A DNA stretch of 64,000 nucleotides from an uncultured Planctomycetota bacterium (GTDB taxonomy: Bacteria > Planctomycetota > Planctomycetia > Gemmatales > Gemmataceae). Of the stretch, positions 61,888-64,000 are shown piece by piece (within the stretch, counting starts at the first letter, position 1; the number at the start of each line of letters is the position of its first letter). Below the pieces are notes generated by a model. It did no database searches and was not told the origin of the DNA. It saw only the letters and a list, made by a program, of their open reading frames with translations. The translations under genes and the position numbers were made by a program. The stretch spans positions 32,001 through 96,000 of the forward strand of contig CAWKHF010000004.1 in NCBI GenBank assembly GCA_963849325.1, read 5' to 3'.

Positions 61888-62490
61888 ATGAACTTCAGCG
61901 GCCTTGTCAACATCCGTGACTACCGTGTTCGCTTGCCGCCGACCTTGTTTCCATACAAGGGCAAGCAGGTAATTCAGGTGCGCCACGCCAACGAGGTCGC
62001 TGCGGGCGACATCGCTTGGCTTCGCTTCACCGATTTGGGCGACGACTTTTTCCACCCCGCCTTCGACAAACGGAATCCCCTCAACCTGCCTGGTCCCTTC
62101 TACGGTGCTGAAACCGACACCTGCGAGACAGGCCCAGCCGAAGCGCCCAACAATGTCCTCATGGACCGACAAGGCCAGGAGTTCGTCTTCAAGCAACCAG
62201 CCAACGAGGAGGAATTGAGGGATGTTGTCAGTGCCGCTCTTTGCGAGTGCTTCTGCGGTTACGGAGCAGACGGCAACGACAACTGGACCTTATCTCTTAT
62301 CCGTGAGTGGTGGAAGGGTCGCCACGACCTCCTCGCTCGTGCAGGCGAGGTCAGCGGCTCGCCGGAGAGCATTCTCTTGTGGCAGCGGCTACTTTCCGGT
62401 GAGGGCGAGGACTACCTTCGTGCTTATGCGTTCTTTGTGGAAGAGGGACGGATTCCGAGCGGCACCGAGGCATTGCCGGAACTGGATTGA
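61888..62490 (+). CDS. Hypothetical protein with a degenerate ferredoxin-like segment
   Basis: NLPGPFY...DTC...AP..., FKQPANEEE....A..C pattern with fewer Cys than a standard ferredoxin. Confidence 0.55.
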   Translation: MNFSGLVNIRDYRVRLPPTLFPYKGKQVIQVRHANEVAAGDIAWLRFTDLGDDFFHPAFDKRNPLNLPGPFYGAETDTCETGPAEAPNNVLMDRQGQEFVFKQPANEEELRDVVSAALCECFCGYGADGNDNWTLSLIREWWKGRHDLLARAGEVSGSPESILLWQRLLSGEGEDYLRAYAFFVEEGRIPSGTEALPELD

Positions 62491-62519
62491 TCGGTCTTTT
62501 CGGGAGTCGGAGCCAGTCC

Positions 62520-63643
62520 ATGCTCAAAGAAATCAAGATCACTGACATCAAGGTTGGCCACCGCCACCGCAGGGATATGGGCAACCTACTATCCTTGGCC
62601 GAGAGCATTCGCCAGGAGGGACTGCTCCAGCCCATCGGCGTGACTGACCGGCTCGAACTCGTCTTCGGGGAGCGCCGCATCCGGGCCGTGCGGGACATCC
62701 TCAAGAAGAAGACCATCCTGGCCCGGATCGTGGACGTGTCCAGCATCCTCGCCGGGGAGTATCACGAGAACGAGGTCCGCAAGGACTTCACGCCGTCCGA
62801 GCGAGTCGCCATCGCCAAGGCCATCGAGCTTCAGGTGGGCAACCGCCGTGGGCAGAGGACGGACGCGGAACGTGTGCAAAAAATTGCACACGTTGAGCCG
62901 GGCAAGAAGACCCGTGACGCAGCCGCCGAGCGTGCCGGGTTCGGCAACCACGAGACGTACCGGCAAGCCGCCAAGGTGGTCGAAAGCGGCACGCCCCGGC
63001 TCATTCAGGCGATGGACGGGGGCCGGGTTTCCATCTCCGCAGCCGCTCTCCTGGCGGACGCCGACCCCGATGAGCAGGACCACATCCTCGACTTTGACGA
63101 GAAAGCCATTCTCCAAGCTGCGCAAGAGATTCGTCGTCGCAGGGCAGACGGCATTACTGGCCATGAGCAGCCGTACCGGGGCGAAACGAACGATTGGCTG
63201 ACGCCGAGGTACATTCTGGACGCCCTGGGGAAGTTCGACCTCGACCCGTGCGCCGCCCCGGACCAGCCGTGGGCGACGGCCAAACGGCACCTGACGGTGA
63301 AAGACGACGGACTGAAGAAACCCTGGGTCGGGCGAGTGTGGCTGAACCCTCCTTATGGCGAGCAGACGGGCCGTTGGCTGGAGAAGATGGCGAAGCATCA
63401 GAATGGCATCGTTCTGATCTACGCTCGGACGGAAACGCAGATGTTCTTCGATCACGTCTGGAGTCGAGCCAACGGCATCTTCTTTTTGAAAGGGCGGGTA
63501 TACTTTTGCCGACCGGACGGCAGTGTGGCGCAGACGCAGGGGCACCTTCGGTCCTCGTCAGCTACGACCACCGCTCCACGAGGCGCAATTACAACGCATT
63601 GAAGCGTTGTAAGTTGGCCGGGCAGTTTTTGAGCATCAGATGA
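62520..63643 (+). CDS. ParB-like N-terminal domain fused to a phage-type DNA N6-adenine methyltransferase (frameshift near 63530)
   Basis: LAESI...GLLQPI, FGERR, ENEVRKDFT; then NDWLTP, FDLDPCA, VWLNPPY, ARTET, LKGRV. Confidence 0.82.
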
Positions 63644-63689
63644 CTGACCCCGCCGCAAGACGCTCTCGGACGCCGGAAGGGATGACACG

Positions 63690-64000
63690 ATGCCCGATTC
63701 CCAACAGCACGTCCCGGTCAGACTCACCCAGGCCCAGCGGAAGGCCGTGGCCGAGATCGCCCCGGAGCTTGCCGACCGGCTGAAGTTGGACGAGCGGAAC
63801 CAGCGGACGATTCCGCTCACGCTGGCCGAGTTGAAGGCGATCAAGGAAAAGGCCGGGAAAGCGCTGCGGCAGGCCAGCACGGGCATGGGGCGCAACTCGC
63901 TGCGGCACGTCACCGACCTTGCGGCCCAGGCCCTCGACCGCTCCCGTGGCCTCGGTGCCATCCCCGCCGCCGAGCGGGTCTACCAGTTCAGGATCACCCT
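63690..64000 (+). CDS. Plasmid pRiA4b ORF-3-like protein, partial (runs off the window)
   Basis: Open frame MPDSQQHVPVRLT...ERVYQFRIT; YQFRITL is the usual start of the ORF-3 domain. Confidence 0.55.
   Translation, partial: MPDSQQHVPVRLTQAQRKAVAEIAPELADRLKLDERNQRTIPLTLAELKAIKEKAGKALRQASTGMGRNSLRHVTDLAAQALDRSRGLGAIPAAERVYQFRIT

Noticed and set aside
1-64000. CRISPR array, cas genes, retron or integron
   Set aside because: No regularly spaced repeat-spacer units, Cas or reverse-transcriptase motifs, intI or attC series were seen by eye.

Overview
GC-rich bacterial DNA, most likely from a planctomycete (Gemmataceae-like), judged from PSCyt/DUF1549/DUF1553 and DUF1501 genes, a PVC-type heme protein, many sulfatases and a Gemmata-type repeat-protein family. 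Many otherwise intact genes carry single-base frameshifts, often in homopolymers, which suggests unpolished long-read sequence; gene models below join frames where motifs continue. The window splits at a 3'-half tRNA-Val(GAC) att remnant (31567-31608). The left half holds (i) a tight three-gene cluster: a membrane patatin/cPLA2-like phospholipase with a GNAT-like tail, an RdrA-like ATPase and an RdrB-like adenosine deaminase, i.e. a RADAR-type anti-phage system with a candidate non-canonical partner; (ii) a sulfatase/esterase catabolic cluster; and (iii) IS-cut remnants (PKS, hoxH/hoxY/hoxU, ISL3, tyrosine integrase). The right half is a dense island of small accessory genes, an IS66-family element, a divergent AEP-primase-like gene, a REP-containing MITE, duplicated hypotheticals, a ParB-Dam methyltransferase fusion and a pRiA4b ORF-3-like gene. 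No CRISPR array, rRNA or intact tRNA was seen. All family calls come from motif recognition by eye, not database searches.
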